Below, piece after piece: positions 47,348 through 58,169 of a DNA stretch of 64,000 nucleotides. Below the pieces are notes generated by a model that made no database searches, was not told the DNA's origin, and saw nothing but the letters and a program-made list of their open reading frames with translations. Both the position numbers and the translations under genes were made by a program. Position 1 is the first letter of the stretch; each line of letters starts with the position of its first letter. The stretch covers positions 2,432,001-2,496,000 of the forward strand of contig CBDBEV010000001.1 in NCBI GenBank assembly GCA_965204535.1, in the 5' to 3' direction. Source of the stretch: a bacterium. Its GTDB lineage: Bacteria > UBA8248.

Positions 47348-48370
47348 TTACTTGAGAAAATCGTCCGTCCACACGTCGCTGCGCTTGACGCTCTTCAGGT
47401 TCTTGAGCTTGCCGCCGCTCTTCATGATGTTGAACGTGGTCTGGACGGCCTCGTCGGTCATCCTGCCGGTCGGGTTGACCGCGCCCTTCACCGTGGCGAC
47501 CGAGATGCGAAGCGCCTCGGGCGTGACGCGCTTGCCGAAAAACGGCGTCATGTCCTTGGTGAGCTGCTCGACGGAGGTCTTCTGGATGTAGTTCTGGGAC
47601 TTCATGACCGCCCGCGCCATCCGCTTCACGAGGCCGGGGCGCTCCTTCATGAGCTTGGGCGTGGCCATGACGGCCGTCATCATGAACTCCTTGATGGCCT
47701 TGTCCTCGCCGGCCGCCCAGTTCACGAACCAGATGCCGAGCCCCTGGGAGAGCATGCGTTCGGGGTGCGGCGTGGAGATCGTGAAGATGTCGATCTTGCG
47801 GTTCTTGAAGGCCGGCAGCATGGTGCCGCCGCCGCCTACGGCGAGGATGCGCACGTCTGCGGGAACCTTGAGGTTTGCGCGGCCCAGCAGGTTGCGGGCG
47901 AGCACGTCGGTCAAAGCGCCCGGCCGCGTCACGCCTATCTTCAAGCCCTTGGCGCGCTTGACCTTCTCCATGAGCGGCATGCCGTCCTTGATGCCCGCCT
48001 TCTTGGCGGCGTCCTTGTGGATGACCATCCCGATGATGTTGCGCCGCAGCAGGTCCACGAAGCCGATGGCCCGCTTGCCCGAGTTGAGCGCGTTCAGCTG
48101 GTAGGTGCCCGGGCTGGCGGTGAACTCGGCCTTGCCCGCCAGGACGGCCGTCAGGTGCGGTCCGCCGCCTGCGGTGGCCTTCACGTCCAGGGTGAGGCCC
48201 TCTTCCTTGAAGAATCCTTTTATCCGTCCCACGTAGATGGGGAAGAAGCTCAGGCTGTCCACCGGCTGGGTGAGAATGACCTTGTCGGCGGCCGGGGCGG
48301 CGCTGGTGAGCGTGAGTGAAAGCGCGAGTGCTGCGATTACCGGCAGAATCCGTATCCATTTACGCCACAT
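47348..48370 (-). CDS. NitT/TauT ABC substrate-binding protein
   Basis: Signal peptide, KGFFKEEGL, IGVTRPGALT; upstream TTGACA-N17-TAGATT (48501-48529). Confidence 0.9.
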   Translation of the reverse strand: MWRKWIRILPVIAALALSLTLTSAAPAADKVILTQPVDSLSFFPIYVGRIKGFFKEEGLTLDVKATAGGGPHLTAVLAGKAEFTASPGTYQLNALNSGKRAIGFVDLLRRNIIGMVIHKDAAKKAGIKDGMPLMEKVKRAKGLKIGVTRPGALTDVLARNLLGRANLKVPADVRILAVGGGGTMLPAFKNRKIDIFTISTPHPERMLSQGLGIWFVNWAAGEDKAIKEFMMTAVMATPKLMKERPGLVKRMARAVMKSQNYIQKTSVEQLTKDMTPFFGKRVTPEALRISVATVKGAVNPTGRMTDEAVQTTFNIMKSGGKLKNLKSVKRSDVWTDDFLK

Positions 48371-48888
48371 GAAATTGCTCCTTTCAACCAAAGTTAAAGA
48401 TCGGCTCCGGGGACGTTCGCCGCCCCGGAGCGTAGAATGACCACACCGGGTTCGCCCGGTGGTAATTGCATATCCCTAAGCTGACCGTAGATAGCGAAAG
48501 AATCTACATACAATGGGTTGTGCTGTCAATTCTGGAGAGGGAATCAGGGGCGTGCGGGGAGGGGGAGTAAATCCCGAACCGCACATTGCCGGAAAACATA
48601 TGCAATCCCTCCCACCCAACTCCGCCGCATGTTCCACCGGAAAGTCGACCGGGCGCGCGATGAAGCGCAGGCGCGGGGCCGGCTCCGTCCATTTCCAAAC
48701 CATTGTAAATATTTCCGGTTTGCCCTATACGCGCACAATAAAGCACAATAAAGGGATCAAGGCGAAAGAAAGTCTCTCGAACTCGCGCTCCGCACGGGTG
48801 CAGGGCATGCGGCGGCCAACGATGAGCGGTGGGGGAGGATTCTCGATCATGCGGAAATCGGGGTCGCCGGGGCCGGAAAAGGGGAGTC

Positions 48889-50013
48889 ATGGCTGCCGTT
48901 GATCTCATCGACGTGACGAAGCGGTTCGGCCGGGTCACCGTCATCACCGATCTGAACCTGCAGATCGAAGAAGGCGAATTCGTTGTGCTGGTCGGCCCCT
49001 CGGGGTGCGGCAAGTCTACGACGCTTCGCATGATCGCCGGCCTCGAGGAGGTTTCGGCGGGCCGGATCATGATCGCCGGAAAAGACGTCACCCATGCGCC
49101 TCCCAAGGCCCGCGACATCACCATGGTTTTCCAGTCTTACGCGCTCTATCCGCACATGGACGTGGCGGGCAACATGTCGTTCTCGCTTCGCCTCGCCAAG
49201 TTCCCGAAGGCGGAGATCGCCGCGCGAGTGGCGCGCGCCGCGGAAATGCTCGGTCTCTCCGAACTGCTGCACCGCCAGCCGCGGGAGCTTTCGGGCGGAC
49301 AGCGCCAGCGGGTCGCCATGGGCCGCGCCATCGTGCGCGACGCTTATTGCTTCCTGTTCGACGAGCCCCTCTCGAACCTCGACGCCAAGCTCCGCGCCCA
49401 GATGCGCACCGAACTCGCGCTGCTGCACAAGCAACTCGACCGCACCATGATCTACGTGACCCATGACCAGATAGAAGCGATGACCATGGCCGACCGCATC
49501 GTGGTCATGGACGAGGGAGTCATTCAGCAGATCGGCACGCCGCCGGAGGTCTACAACCATCCGGTCAACCGGTTCGTCGCCGGCTTCATCGGCTCGCCGG
49601 CCATGAACATGCTGGGCGGAGAGATCAAAGGCGATGGCTCGGAATACGTCATCGTCGGAGACGGCTTCGAACTGCCGGTTCCCAGGGCCTTTCACGAGAG
49701 CCTGGAGGGTGCCGCCTCCCGGAAAGTCGTCGCGGGCCTGCGCCCTGAGCATTTCTCCTCGACGGACGCGAGGTACTCGGGCGGCGCTACGGCTCCGGTG
49801 GGGCTCACGGTCGACGTCGCCGAGTATGTCGGCTCCAACCAGTTTCTCGCGGCGCGCATCGGCGAGCAACGGATTTCCGTCTCCGTGGAAGCCGGCCCCG
49901 AACACGGACGGATGGAGTCGGGCACCTACTATTTCGAAACGGAGAGGCTTTACCTGTTCGACAAGGAAACCGGTCTCGCGCTCAAGCCCGCCGCTCGGGC
50001 CGGGACGCTCTAA
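48889..50013 (+). CDS. CUT1 sugar ABC ATP-binding protein (MalK/UgpC-like)
   Basis: [45 protein letters not shown]. Confidence 0.95.
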   Translation: MAAVDLIDVTKRFGRVTVITDLNLQIEEGEFVVLVGPSGCGKSTTLRMIAGLEEVSAGRIMIAGKDVTHAPPKARDITMVFQSYALYPHMDVAGNMSFSLRLAKFPKAEIAARVARAAEMLGLSELLHRQPRELSGGQRQRVAMGRAIVRDAYCFLFDEPLSNLDAKLRAQMRTELALLHKQLDRTMIYVTHDQIEAMTMADRIVVMDEGVIQQIGTPPEVYNHPVNRFVAGFIGSPAMNMLGGEIKGDGSEYVIVGDGFELPVPRAFHESLEGAASRKVVAGLRPEHFSSTDARYSGGATAPVGLTVDVAEYVGSNQFLAARIGEQRISVSVEAGPEHGRMESGTYYFETERLYLFDKETGLALKPAARAGTL

Positions 50014-50038
50014 TAACTAACCTGATAAGGAGGAAATC

Positions 50039-51394
50039 ATGAAATCGAAATGCAGAAACCTGGGGGTGGCCGTGCTCGTGGCGGCCCTGGCCCTGACGTT
50101 CAGCGCCACGACGCTGCTGGCCAATCCCTACGAGAAGTACAAGGGCAAGACGCTGGTGGTCAGCTGGCCCTCGAATTCGCACTTCAAGAAGGCCAAGCAA
50201 CTGGTCGCCGAGTTCACCAAGGAGACGGGTATCAAGGTCGAGATCGACTACTCCCAGTACCTCAAGATGCGGAATCGCCAGCTTCTGGAGATGAGCAAGA
50301 AAGACGGCGACTTCGATGTCGTCGCCTGGGTGGTGATGTGGAAGGGCGAGTATGTGGCGAAGGGCCTGCTGACGCCCCTCTCGCAGTTCTTCACCAGCCC
50401 CGCGTTCGTCGACCCGAACTACGATATTGAGGACATCGCCGACGCCTACATCCAGAACGGCGGCATCGTCGGTGGCAAGAAGGGCTATCTGCCCGGCAAG
50501 TCGGGCGCGCTCTACGGTCTGCCGTTCGGTGCCGAGACCTCGATCCTGGCCTATCGCAAGGACGTGTTCAAGAAGCTGGATCTCGCCGTGCCGAAGACCT
50601 ACGACGACGTCCGCAAGGCGGCGAAGACCATCAAGGAGAAGACGGGAATGGGCGGCCTCACCATGCGCGGCAAGACCGGGCACCAGGTCACGGCCGCCTG
50701 GCTGTTCCATGCCGCGCCCATGGGCGCCCGCGTCTTCGACGACAAGTGGCAGCCCGTCTTCAACAGCCCCGCCGGCGTGAAGACCGCGGAGTTCCTGCGC
50801 GAGACGGTGAAGTACGGCCCCCGCGGCATTCCCTCCTACAGCTACGGCGAAGCGTCCAAAGCGTTCCTCCACGGCGATGCCGCCATGTACATCGACTCGC
50901 TGAAGATCGCCGCCAGGGCGCGCGACCCGAAGCAATCGAAGGTCGTCGGCAAGGTCGGCTACGCGCTGCACCCGACCGACGTCCAATGCGGCTCCGAGAC
51001 GGGCGGTTTCGCCATGGGCATACCGGCCAACTCGAAGAACAAGGAGGCGGCGTTCCTGTTCATCCAGTGGATGACCTCGAAGAGGGCCGACCGGCGGATC
51101 GTCGAGCTCGGCGGCGACCCGATCCGCATTTCCACGCTCACCGATCCGGTGTTCTCCAAGAAGTTCCCGGAGTACCCGGTGATTGCGGAACAGCTCAAAT
51201 GCGCCGACCCGGACTGGCGGCCGCTGATCCCCGAGTGGAACGAGTTGAACATCAAGGTGCTCGGCATCGCGCTGCACCAGGTCCTGACCTCCGACAAGCC
51301 CATCAAGCCGATTCTGGACAAGGCGGCGGAGCAGGCGCGCGCCGTCATGAAACGCGAGGGCTACTATCAGTGGCAGTCGATATCTTCCAAGTAG
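50039..51394 (+). CDS. CUT1 sugar/polyol ABC substrate-binding protein
   Basis: Signal peptide, LYGLPFGAETSILAYRKD, KEAAFLFIQW. Confidence 0.9.
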   Translation: MKSKCRNLGVAVLVAALALTFSATTLLANPYEKYKGKTLVVSWPSNSHFKKAKQLVAEFTKETGIKVEIDYSQYLKMRNRQLLEMSKKDGDFDVVAWVVMWKGEYVAKGLLTPLSQFFTSPAFVDPNYDIEDIADAYIQNGGIVGGKKGYLPGKSGALYGLPFGAETSILAYRKDVFKKLDLAVPKTYDDVRKAAKTIKEKTGMGGLTMRGKTGHQVTAAWLFHAAPMGARVFDDKWQPVFNSPAGVKTAEFLRETVKYGPRGIPSYSYGEASKAFLHGDAAMYIDSLKIAARARDPKQSKVVGKVGYALHPTDVQCGSETGGFAMGIPANSKNKEAAFLFIQWMTSKRADRRIVELGGDPIRISTLTDPVFSKKFPEYPVIAEQLKCADPDWRPLIPEWNELNIKVLGIALHQVLTSDKPIKPILDKAAEQARAVMKREGYYQWQSISSK

Positions 51395-51476
51395 CCGAAA
51401 CCCCTGAACCCGCCTCCCCCGGCTCCACCGGGGGAGGCGCTTCGCCCGCAGGCAGCCGCCTCCCGGAACGTTCACC

Positions 51477-52388
51477 ATGAGCGACCCGTCCGCTCCGGTC
51501 GCAACGGGCATGCGGCGGTGGATCGTCGGGTACCTGTTCGTCGCGCCCGCCGTCCTGCTCATGGGCGCGGGCCTCATCTACCCGGTCGCCCAGGGGCTGA
51601 TGCTCAGCATGCAGGACTGGGCGGTCGGCACGCCGATGTCCACGGCGGAGTTCATCGGCGCGGACAACTACCTGCGCATGCTCCGCGACGAAAATGTCCA
51701 GGAATCCATGTGGGTGACGTTCAAGTTCGGCTTCTTCACGATCACCATCGAGATGACGCTGGGGGTCGCGCTGGCCTTGCTGCTCGAGAAACCGATTCGC
51801 GGCGCCTCCATCTTCAGGACGATCTTCATCATGCCGCTGATGATTTCGCCAGTGGTGGTCGGATTGGTATGGCGCTACCTCTACGACGCACGTGCGGGTT
51901 GGATCAACCATTACCTGGAGCTGGCCGGCTTCGAGCCGCTGATCTGGCTGGGGGAGCCGCACCTCGCGTTTTTCGCCATCGTGTTCACGGATATCTGGCA
52001 GTGGACGCCGTTCGTCTTCATCATCGTGATCGCAGGCCTCCAGGCGCTGCCCTCCGAAGTCCTCGAAGCGTCGCGCATCGACGGCGCCAATACGTGGCAG
52101 CAGATCTTCCTCGTGAAGCTGCCGATGATCCGCTCGATCCTGATCATCGCCCTCCTGCTCCGTATCATCGACGTCTTCAAGGGACTGGAGGTCATGCTGA
52201 TCATGACCGAAGGCGGGCCGGGACTGGCGACGGAACTGCTGTCGCTGCACGTCTACAAGACCGCCTTCGACGCCCAGCAACTCGGCTATGCGGCGGCCAT
52301 CTCCGTCCTGCTGCTGCTGATCGTCTTCGCGCTCAGCCTGGCGATCCTGCTGATCAGCAATCCCATGAAATCCCGCGCCGACGTGTGA
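51477..52388 (+). CDS. CUT1 ABC permease 1
   Basis: DIWQWTPF, EASRIDGA EAA loop. Confidence 0.92.
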   Translation: MSDPSAPVATGMRRWIVGYLFVAPAVLLMGAGLIYPVAQGLMLSMQDWAVGTPMSTAEFIGADNYLRMLRDENVQESMWVTFKFGFFTITIEMTLGVALALLLEKPIRGASIFRTIFIMPLMISPVVVGLVWRYLYDARAGWINHYLELAGFEPLIWLGEPHLAFFAIVFTDIWQWTPFVFIIVIAGLQALPSEVLEASRIDGANTWQQIFLVKLPMIRSILIIALLLRIIDVFKGLEVMLIMTEGGPGLATELLSLHVYKTAFDAQQLGYAAAISVLLLLIVFALSLAILLISNPMKSRADV

Positions 52389-52389
52389 G

Positions 52390-53232
52390 GTGAAGGCGAT
52401 GCGTATCGAATCGACGAAAGCGAGGATGCTCTTCCATTACGCCGGGCTGATCTTGTTGTCGATAATCTGCCTGACGCCCATCTACATCATGATCAGCACG
52501 TCCTTCAAAAACGAGGTGGTGATCTTCGACGGCAATCCCGTGTGGTTTTTCTTCTTCCCCACACTTCAGAACTACGCCGACATCATCGGCGATTCGCACT
52601 TCGACCGGTATCTGGTGAATTCCGTCATCGTGGGCGTTTCGGCGACCCTCATCACGCTGACGACCGGCGGCATGGCGGCCTACGCTCTGGCCCGCATGCA
52701 GTTCCCCGGACGCCAGTCCATCGCCAACGGGGCGCTCCTGGTCCGCATGATACCGCCCGCGGTGCTGGCGATCCCGGCCTTCGCGGTCTCCATCGTGCTG
52801 GGAATCGCGAACCAGCTTTCGGGTCTCATCTTCTTCTACACGGCGCTCAACCTGCCCTTCGCCATATGGCTGCTCTACGGCTTCGTGAAGCAGGTTCCGA
52901 TAGAGCTCGAGGAAGCCGCCATCGTCGACGGGGCGACGCCCTGGCAGGTGTTTACCCGTGTCCTCTTCCCGGTGATGAAGGCCGGTTACGCGGTGACCGG
53001 CATCTTCGTATTCCGGATCGCGTGGAACGAGTTCATCCTGGCGCTGCTGCTGACAGACAGAACCACGCGCACGCTGCCGGTCGCCACCAGCCTGTTCCTG
53101 ACGGACGCGGGCCCCGAGTGGGGGCGCATCATGGCCATGGGCACGCTCATCGTCATTCCGCCGCTGATATTCACCTTCTTCTCCGCGCGGCAGATCATCG
53201 CCGGCATGACGGCCGGCGCCGTGAAGGGGTGA
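52390..53232 (+). CDS. CUT1 ABC permease 2
   Basis: ELEEAAIVDGA, AWNEF, GMTAGAVKG. Confidence 0.92.
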   Translation: MKAMRIESTKARMLFHYAGLILLSIICLTPIYIMISTSFKNEVVIFDGNPVWFFFFPTLQNYADIIGDSHFDRYLVNSVIVGVSATLITLTTGGMAAYALARMQFPGRQSIANGALLVRMIPPAVLAIPAFAVSIVLGIANQLSGLIFFYTALNLPFAIWLLYGFVKQVPIELEEAAIVDGATPWQVFTRVLFPVMKAGYAVTGIFVFRIAWNEFILALLLTDRTTRTLPVATSLFLTDAGPEWGRIMAMGTLIVIPPLIFTFFSARQIIAGMTAGAVKG

Positions 53233-53238
53233 CCGGAA

Positions 53239-53346
53239 GGGGTTGTTGAAAAGGCCCACCTGACAAGGGGGGACAGGGAGGTTGCTTTTCCAGTCGAGAG
53301 GGGAGTCTCCTCTACTCTCTGAAAAAGGGACTTCTTCAACAATCCC
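53239..53346. mobile_element. MITE-like element (copy F, short)
   Basis: GGGGTTGTTGAAAAGG / GGACTTCTTCAACAATCCC ends; internal CCTGACAAGGGGGG resembles copy A cargo. Confidence 0.6.
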
Positions 53347-53418
53347 GTTTGCGACCCCTACGCTCCCAATGCGGAATGATGGCAACCTTCTGTTCGGCCT
53401 ATGGTGAATTCGGAGACC

Positions 53419-53495
53419 GTAGGGACAACCCCCTGTGGTTGTCCTGCATCGGACAGGCACGGGGGTTTTGGACAGGCACAGGGGCCTGTCCCTAC
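53419..53495. repeat. GTAG-family REPIN-like doublet
   Basis: GTAGGGACAACC-CCCTGT-GGTTGTCC ... GGACAGGC-ACAGGG-GCCTGTCCCTAC; same family as 31389 and 37239. Confidence 0.8.
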
Positions 53496-53524
53496 GAAAC
53501 CAGGAATGACCCTTGCGGGAATCC

Positions 53525-53917
53525 TCAGAGCACGTCCTCGTCCTCTAACAGCGCCTTCGCTTTCGCTTCGTCGTCCGCGGTCAGGGCGACGTTCGCGTAG
53601 CCGGCGTGGCGGTTCAGGATGTGCATGCTCTGGATGTTCACGCCCGCGACCTTGAATTTCTCCGCCACTTTGGCGAGGGCGCCGGGCTCGTCGCGCAGCC
53701 TGATGATCATCGCCTCGTCCGAGATCGCCCGGAAGCCCGCGTTCATGAGCACGCGCAGGGCGCGGTCGGACTCGTTCGTGGTCAGGATGACGACGCCCTT
53801 CTCGCCCGCGACCTCGGTGTTCAGGGCCTCGATGTTGATGTTCTCGTCGGCCAGCGCCTTGCTGATGTCCGCGATGACGCCGACCTCGTCGCGCACCGTG
53901 ATGATGATTCGATTCAT
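53525..53917 (-). CDS. Tandem ACT-domain protein
   Basis: DEVGVIADI...ENINIE and DEPGALAKV...AGVNI. Confidence 0.88.
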   Translation of the reverse strand: MNRIIITVRDEVGVIADISKALADENINIEALNTEVAGEKGVVILTTNESDRALRVLMNAGFRAISDEAMIIRLRDEPGALAKVAEKFKVAGVNIQSMHILNRHAGYANVALTADDEAKAKALLEDEDVL

Positions 53918-53929
53918 CGAGAATCCTCC

Positions 53930-55060
53930 TCAGGCCGTTCGCCTGTGTTTTTGCTTCACGCAGTCGTCGACGAACTCGTTCACCATCTCGCGCGTGACAT
54001 GCGGCATGGTGATGATGTGGGCGATGTCGCCCAGTGGCGCGATTTGCCACTTGCGCGACACCGCGCCCGGGGGTTTCGGGAAAACGACCGTCACCGAGTT
54101 CTTGTGGCGCCACGCGGGAACCCCGAACTCGCCGAAGCGCTCGACGGCATACTCGGCGACCGCGAGCATCTCCGCCACGAGCTCGCGGAACCCGTCCATC
54201 CCCAGGCGCTCGAAGGCGTACCACAGCATGAGCGGCGTCAGCGCGTTGCGCGAGCCGGGCAGCGTGGTGTCGAGCACGCCGACGTATTCTATCGAGCGCG
54301 CGATGCGCGCCACGTAGTCGCGCTTCGTCAGCACGACGCCGCAGGGCAGCGGACAGCCGATGAGCTTGTGGCCGCTGATGGAGACGCTGTCGAAGCCCGC
54401 GTCGAACCCGTAGGGCTGCGGCTCATCGACGAAGGGCAGGATCATGCCGCTCAGGGCGGCGTCCGCGTGGATGTAGGCGTTCGTGACCGCAAGGTCGTCC
54501 AGGATGCCGCGCACCTTTTGCACGTCGTCCACGGCGCCTTTCATCGTGGAGCCGATGTTCGCCATGAAGATGACCGGCGCGTCGCGGTGGATGCGGATGG
54601 TCTCGCGGAGGTCCTCGTAGTCGATTTCTCCGTTGTCCCGGCTCTTGATCATGATGTTGCGCACGTTCAGCACGCGCAGGATCTTGAGAACGCTGTAGTG
54701 GGTGTCCTGGGAGAAATACACCACCCCGTTCGGGAACAACTCGCGCCCCATGTAGATGCCGTACATGTTGCCCTCGGTTCCGCCGGAGGTGACGTAGCCC
54801 CAGGCCTGCTCCTGCTCCAGATGCATCAGGGAGGCGAAGCGGGCGATGACCTCGCGCTCGATCTCATGGGTGTTGCTGCGGAAATTGCTGTCGTGAAAGG
54901 GGTCGCCGACGTTGTTGAGGGTGTATTCCAGAAAGGGCGTCAATTCTGAATAATCGAAACTTTGGTTGCAGGGATAACCCACCTGCCACTGCGCCAACTC
55001 CTCGAAGTCGCGTCTTAAGGCGTCGAGGTGCGCCCTCGTGAGTGGATTCGGTTCGTTCAT
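53930..55060 (-). CDS. PLP-dependent histidine decarboxylase-like (group II; His/Ser decarboxylase clade)
   Basis: GYPCNQSFDY, NNVGDP, WGYVTSGGTEGNMYG, HADAALSG, SGHK, GSRN. Confidence 0.85.
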   Translation of the reverse strand: MNEPNPLTRAHLDALRRDFEELAQWQVGYPCNQSFDYSELTPFLEYTLNNVGDPFHDSNFRSNTHEIEREVIARFASLMHLEQEQAWGYVTSGGTEGNMYGIYMGRELFPNGVVYFSQDTHYSVLKILRVLNVRNIMIKSRDNGEIDYEDLRETIRIHRDAPVIFMANIGSTMKGAVDDVQKVRGILDDLAVTNAYIHADAALSGMILPFVDEPQPYGFDAGFDSVSISGHKLIGCPLPCGVVLTKRDYVARIARSIEYVGVLDTTLPGSRNALTPLMLWYAFERLGMDGFRELVAEMLAVAEYAVERFGEFGVPAWRHKNSVTVVFPKPPGAVSRKWQIAPLGDIAHIITMPHVTREMVNEFVDDCVKQKHRRTA

Positions 55061-55292
55061 GGCTGGAGCCCTCCTGCTCGCGCGAGAGCAAGGCCTTTGG
55101 ATTCTTCTCCGCACCCCATCTCCCGCGACTTTGGACGCCGGATGGCGGCGAAGGTTCCACACGGCTTCAAGATACCCTATTTTCGAGGAGAGAAAAACGC
55201 CGGAATTTTCAACGCGCGGGCAACAAAACAGAATAGAGGTTGCGTGTGGTTCGGGGCGGTTTCTGGTTTATGGCCTATGGGGCGGCGAATTG

Positions 55293-55321
55293 TTGACACC
55301 ACGGGATGCCAGCCGTAAGAT
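55293..55321 (+). promoter_or_regulatory. Sigma70-like promoter of nuo operon
   Basis: TTGACA-N17-TAAGAT. Confidence 0.7.
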
Positions 55322-55388
55322 GCGCTCGATTCGACATCCCGTGTGGCATGAGAAGAAGGCGCGTGTCGGAGCGCCGTGGGGGCAGGAA

Positions 55389-55745
55389 ATGCCGGAAGAA
55401 TATCTACCCATATTGATTCTGATCGCGCTGGCCGTCGGGTTCGCCATCGTGAACCTGGGCGTGACGTTCCTGCTGGGCAGGCGCAAGTCCACGGTGGAGA
55501 AGGACTTCGCCTACGAGTGCGGCATCGTGCCCGAATCGAACGCGCGCGGGCGCTTCAGCGTGAAATTCTTTCTGGTGGCGATACTGTTCATCGTCTTCGA
55601 CGTGGAGCTCATCTTCCTCTATCCGTGGGCGGTGAACCTGAAGAGCATGGGCGTGTACGCCTTTCTCGCGATTCTGCCTTTCATGGCTTTGCTGGTGGCC
55701 AGCCTGATATACGAGTGGCGCCGGGGAGCACTCGAATGGGACTAG
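55389..55745 (+). CDS. nuoA: NADH-quinone oxidoreductase subunit A
   Basis: [21 protein letters not shown]. Confidence 0.95.
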   Translation: MPEEYLPILILIALAVGFAIVNLGVTFLLGRRKSTVEKDFAYECGIVPESNARGRFSVKFFLVAILFIVFDVELIFLYPWAVNLKSMGVYAFLAILPFMALLVASLIYEWRRGALEWD

Positions 55746-56233
55746 AACAACAACTCGAAGGCCAGGTGGTGCTGGGCCGCGCGACCGACGTCATCAAATG
55801 GGCGCGTAAGAACAGCCTGTGGCCCGCGCTTTTCGGGCTGGCGTGCTGCGCCATCGAGATGATGTCGACCTCGGCGGCGAAATACGACATCTCGCGCTTC
55901 GGCGCCGAGGTGTTCCGCGCGTCGCCGCGCCAGGCGGATCTGATGATCGTGGCGGGCCGGGTGTCGCGCAAGATGGCGCCCGTGCTCCGGCAGATCTACG
56001 ATCAGATGCCCGAGCCGAAATGGGTGATCTCGATGGGCGCGTGCGCGTCCACGGGCGGGATATTCAACAACTACGCGCTCGTGCAGGGCGTGGACGAGGT
56101 CGTGCCCGTCGATATCTACGTGCCGGGTTGCCCGCCGCGTCCCGAAACGCTCATCGACGGGATCATGAAGCTCCAGGCGAAGATTGCGGATGAAAAGCTC
56201 TACCGAGAGGATTCCGGCGTCACCTCGCTTTAG
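55736..56233 (+). CDS. nuoB: NADH-quinone oxidoreductase subunit B
   Basis: [29 protein letters not shown]. Confidence 0.96.
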   Translation: MGLEQQLEGQVVLGRATDVIKWARKNSLWPALFGLACCAIEMMSTSAAKYDISRFGAEVFRASPRQADLMIVAGRVSRKMAPVLRQIYDQMPEPKWVISMGACASTGGIFNNYALVQGVDEVVPVDIYVPGCPPRPETLIDGIMKLQAKIADEKLYREDSGVTSL

Positions 56234-56342
56234 ATGATGTGAGAAGGCTCCCCACGCCACGTGAGTTGGAAGTCAAAGCAGGGGCGGGGTGAGCGCTTTT
56301 TCGTGTAATGAACAAACCTTTGTTAAATGAGGGATAAAGCCG

Positions 56343-56903
56343 TTGAGTGAAGAGGAGCGGGAGCAAGTCGAGGCCGAAGAGCCAATCGAGAAGAAAGACC
56401 CCGACCTCGTTTTGCTTCAGGCGAAAATCGGGGATGGCTTTCTCGGAGCGACGGAACATCGCGGGCAGATTTCCGCCCGGGTCGCGCCGTACGCCCTGCT
56501 CGATGCGGCGCGCTTTCTGCGAGACGAGAGAGGCTACAAGCTGCTGAGCTTCGTCTGCGGGGTGGATTGCCTGGAACTGCCGGTATCCTACCGTTTCAAG
56601 GTGACGTATTCGCTCCTGAATCCCGAGAGGTCGCGGCGTCTGCGGCTCGAAGCCCCTTGCGCGGACGACCTCGAACCGGCAATGCCCAGCGTCTGCGGGA
56701 TATGGCCGGGCGCGAGACTCCATGAGAGCGAGGCGTACGACCTTTTGGGCATCACCTTCGAAGGACACCCCGAACTCGAGCGCATCTTGACGCCCGAGGG
56801 CTTCGAGGGGCATCCCCACCGCAAGGATTTCGACATCTCTTCGGAACCTGTGGCGTTCACCTTCCGGGATACGCCCGCGGGCAAGCCCAAGGCGGCGGAA
56901 TAG
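56343..56903 (+). CDS. nuoC: NADH-quinone oxidoreductase subunit C
   Basis: ESEAYDLLGITFEGHP, GHPHRKDF. Confidence 0.92.
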   Translation: MSEEEREQVEAEEPIEKKDPDLVLLQAKIGDGFLGATEHRGQISARVAPYALLDAARFLRDERGYKLLSFVCGVDCLELPVSYRFKVTYSLLNPERSRRLRLEAPCADDLEPAMPSVCGIWPGARLHESEAYDLLGITFEGHPELERILTPEGFEGHPHRKDFDISSEPVAFTFRDTPAGKPKAAE

Positions 56904-56918
56904 GGACTACGGGAGCCA

Positions 56919-58145
56919 TTGATGGCCACGCAAGCCCAGCAAACGGACCCACTCGACAGCGACATGCTCGGTCCCATTCAGACCGAGACCATGACGCTCA
57001 ACATGGGGCCGCAGCACCCGAGCACCCACGGTGTCTTGCGCGTGGTTTTGGAGCTCGACGGCGAGACGGTGCTCTCGTGCAAGCCCGTCATCGGCTACCT
57101 GCATACCGGCATCGAGAAGAACATGGAGGAGAAAACCTACAACAAGGCCCTCCCCATGACCGACCGCATGGATTACCTGGCGCCCATGTCGAACAACCTC
57201 GGTTTCGTCCTGGCCGTGGAGAAGCTCCTGGACATGGAGGTTCCCCGCCGCTGCAAATACCTGCGCGTGCTGCTCGCGGAGATGACACGCCTGAACAGCC
57301 ACCTGGTCTGGCTCGGCACCCACGCGCTCGATCTGGGCGCGATGACGGTCTTTCTCTATTGCTTCAGGGAGCGGGAGCAGCTCCTGAAGATTTTCGAGAA
57401 AGTCTCCGGCGTCCGCATGATGACGAGCTATTTCCGGGTAGGCGGCGTCGCGCGCGAGCCGTACCCGACGTTTTACGACGACTGCCGGAATTTTCTCGAA
57501 CCCTTCTCGGAGCGCGTGGACGAATACGAAGAACTGCTCACGAACAACCCCATCTACCGGAGGCGCGCGGAAGGCGTTTGCGCCATGACGGTCGAGGAGG
57601 CCTACGCGCTCGGCATCACGGGGCCGCTGCTCAGGGCCTGCGGCGTTGCGTATGACATCCGCAAGAACGAGCCCTACTCGGGCTATGAGGAGTTCGACTT
57701 CGAGGTTCCGGTGGGCGAACGGGGAGACATTCTGGACAGGTATCTGGTGCGGGTGGCCGAGATGCGCGAATCCCGGCGCATCGCCATACAGGCGCTCGAG
57801 GGCATGCCCGAGGGGCCGCTCATGGCGGATAACCCCAAGGTGGTGCCGCCGCCCAAGGAGCAGTTGGCCCACGATATGGAGGCGCTGATCCACCATTTCA
57901 AGATATTCACCGAGGGCTACAGCGTACCCGAGGGCGAGGTGTACCAGGCCATCGAGTCCCCCCGGGGGGAGCTCGGTTTTTACATGATCAGCGACGGCAG
58001 TCCCGGTCCTTATAAGGTGAAGGTGCGCGCGCCGAGTTTCGCGAACCTCCACGCGCTCTCCGAGATCACCCGCGGCGGGCTGATGGGCGACGTCGTGGCC
58101 GCCATCGGCAGCATCGACATCGTGCTGGGCGAGATAGATCGCTAG
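56919..58145 (+). CDS. nuoD: NADH-quinone oxidoreductase subunit D
   Basis: GPQHPSTHGVLR, DRMDY, DIVLGEIDR. Confidence 0.96.
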   Translation: MMATQAQQTDPLDSDMLGPIQTETMTLNMGPQHPSTHGVLRVVLELDGETVLSCKPVIGYLHTGIEKNMEEKTYNKALPMTDRMDYLAPMSNNLGFVLAVEKLLDMEVPRRCKYLRVLLAEMTRLNSHLVWLGTHALDLGAMTVFLYCFREREQLLKIFEKVSGVRMMTSYFRVGGVAREPYPTFYDDCRNFLEPFSERVDEYEELLTNNPIYRRRAEGVCAMTVEEAYALGITGPLLRACGVAYDIRKNEPYSGYEEFDFEVPVGERGDILDRYLVRVAEMRESRRIAIQALEGMPEGPLMADNPKVVPPPKEQLAHDMEALIHHFKIFTEGYSVPEGEVYQAIESPRGELGFYMISDGSPGPYKVKVRAPSFANLHALSEITRGGLMGDVVAAIGSIDIVLGEIDR

Positions 58146-58169
58146 AGAGAAATAGAGGATGACCTTGTT

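Noticed and set aside
49982-51577. Long antisense or alternative-frame ORFs (also 5976-7145, 29097-30347, 53606-54949, 56907-58193)
   Set aside because: Shadow ORFs of well-supported genes, expected at high GC
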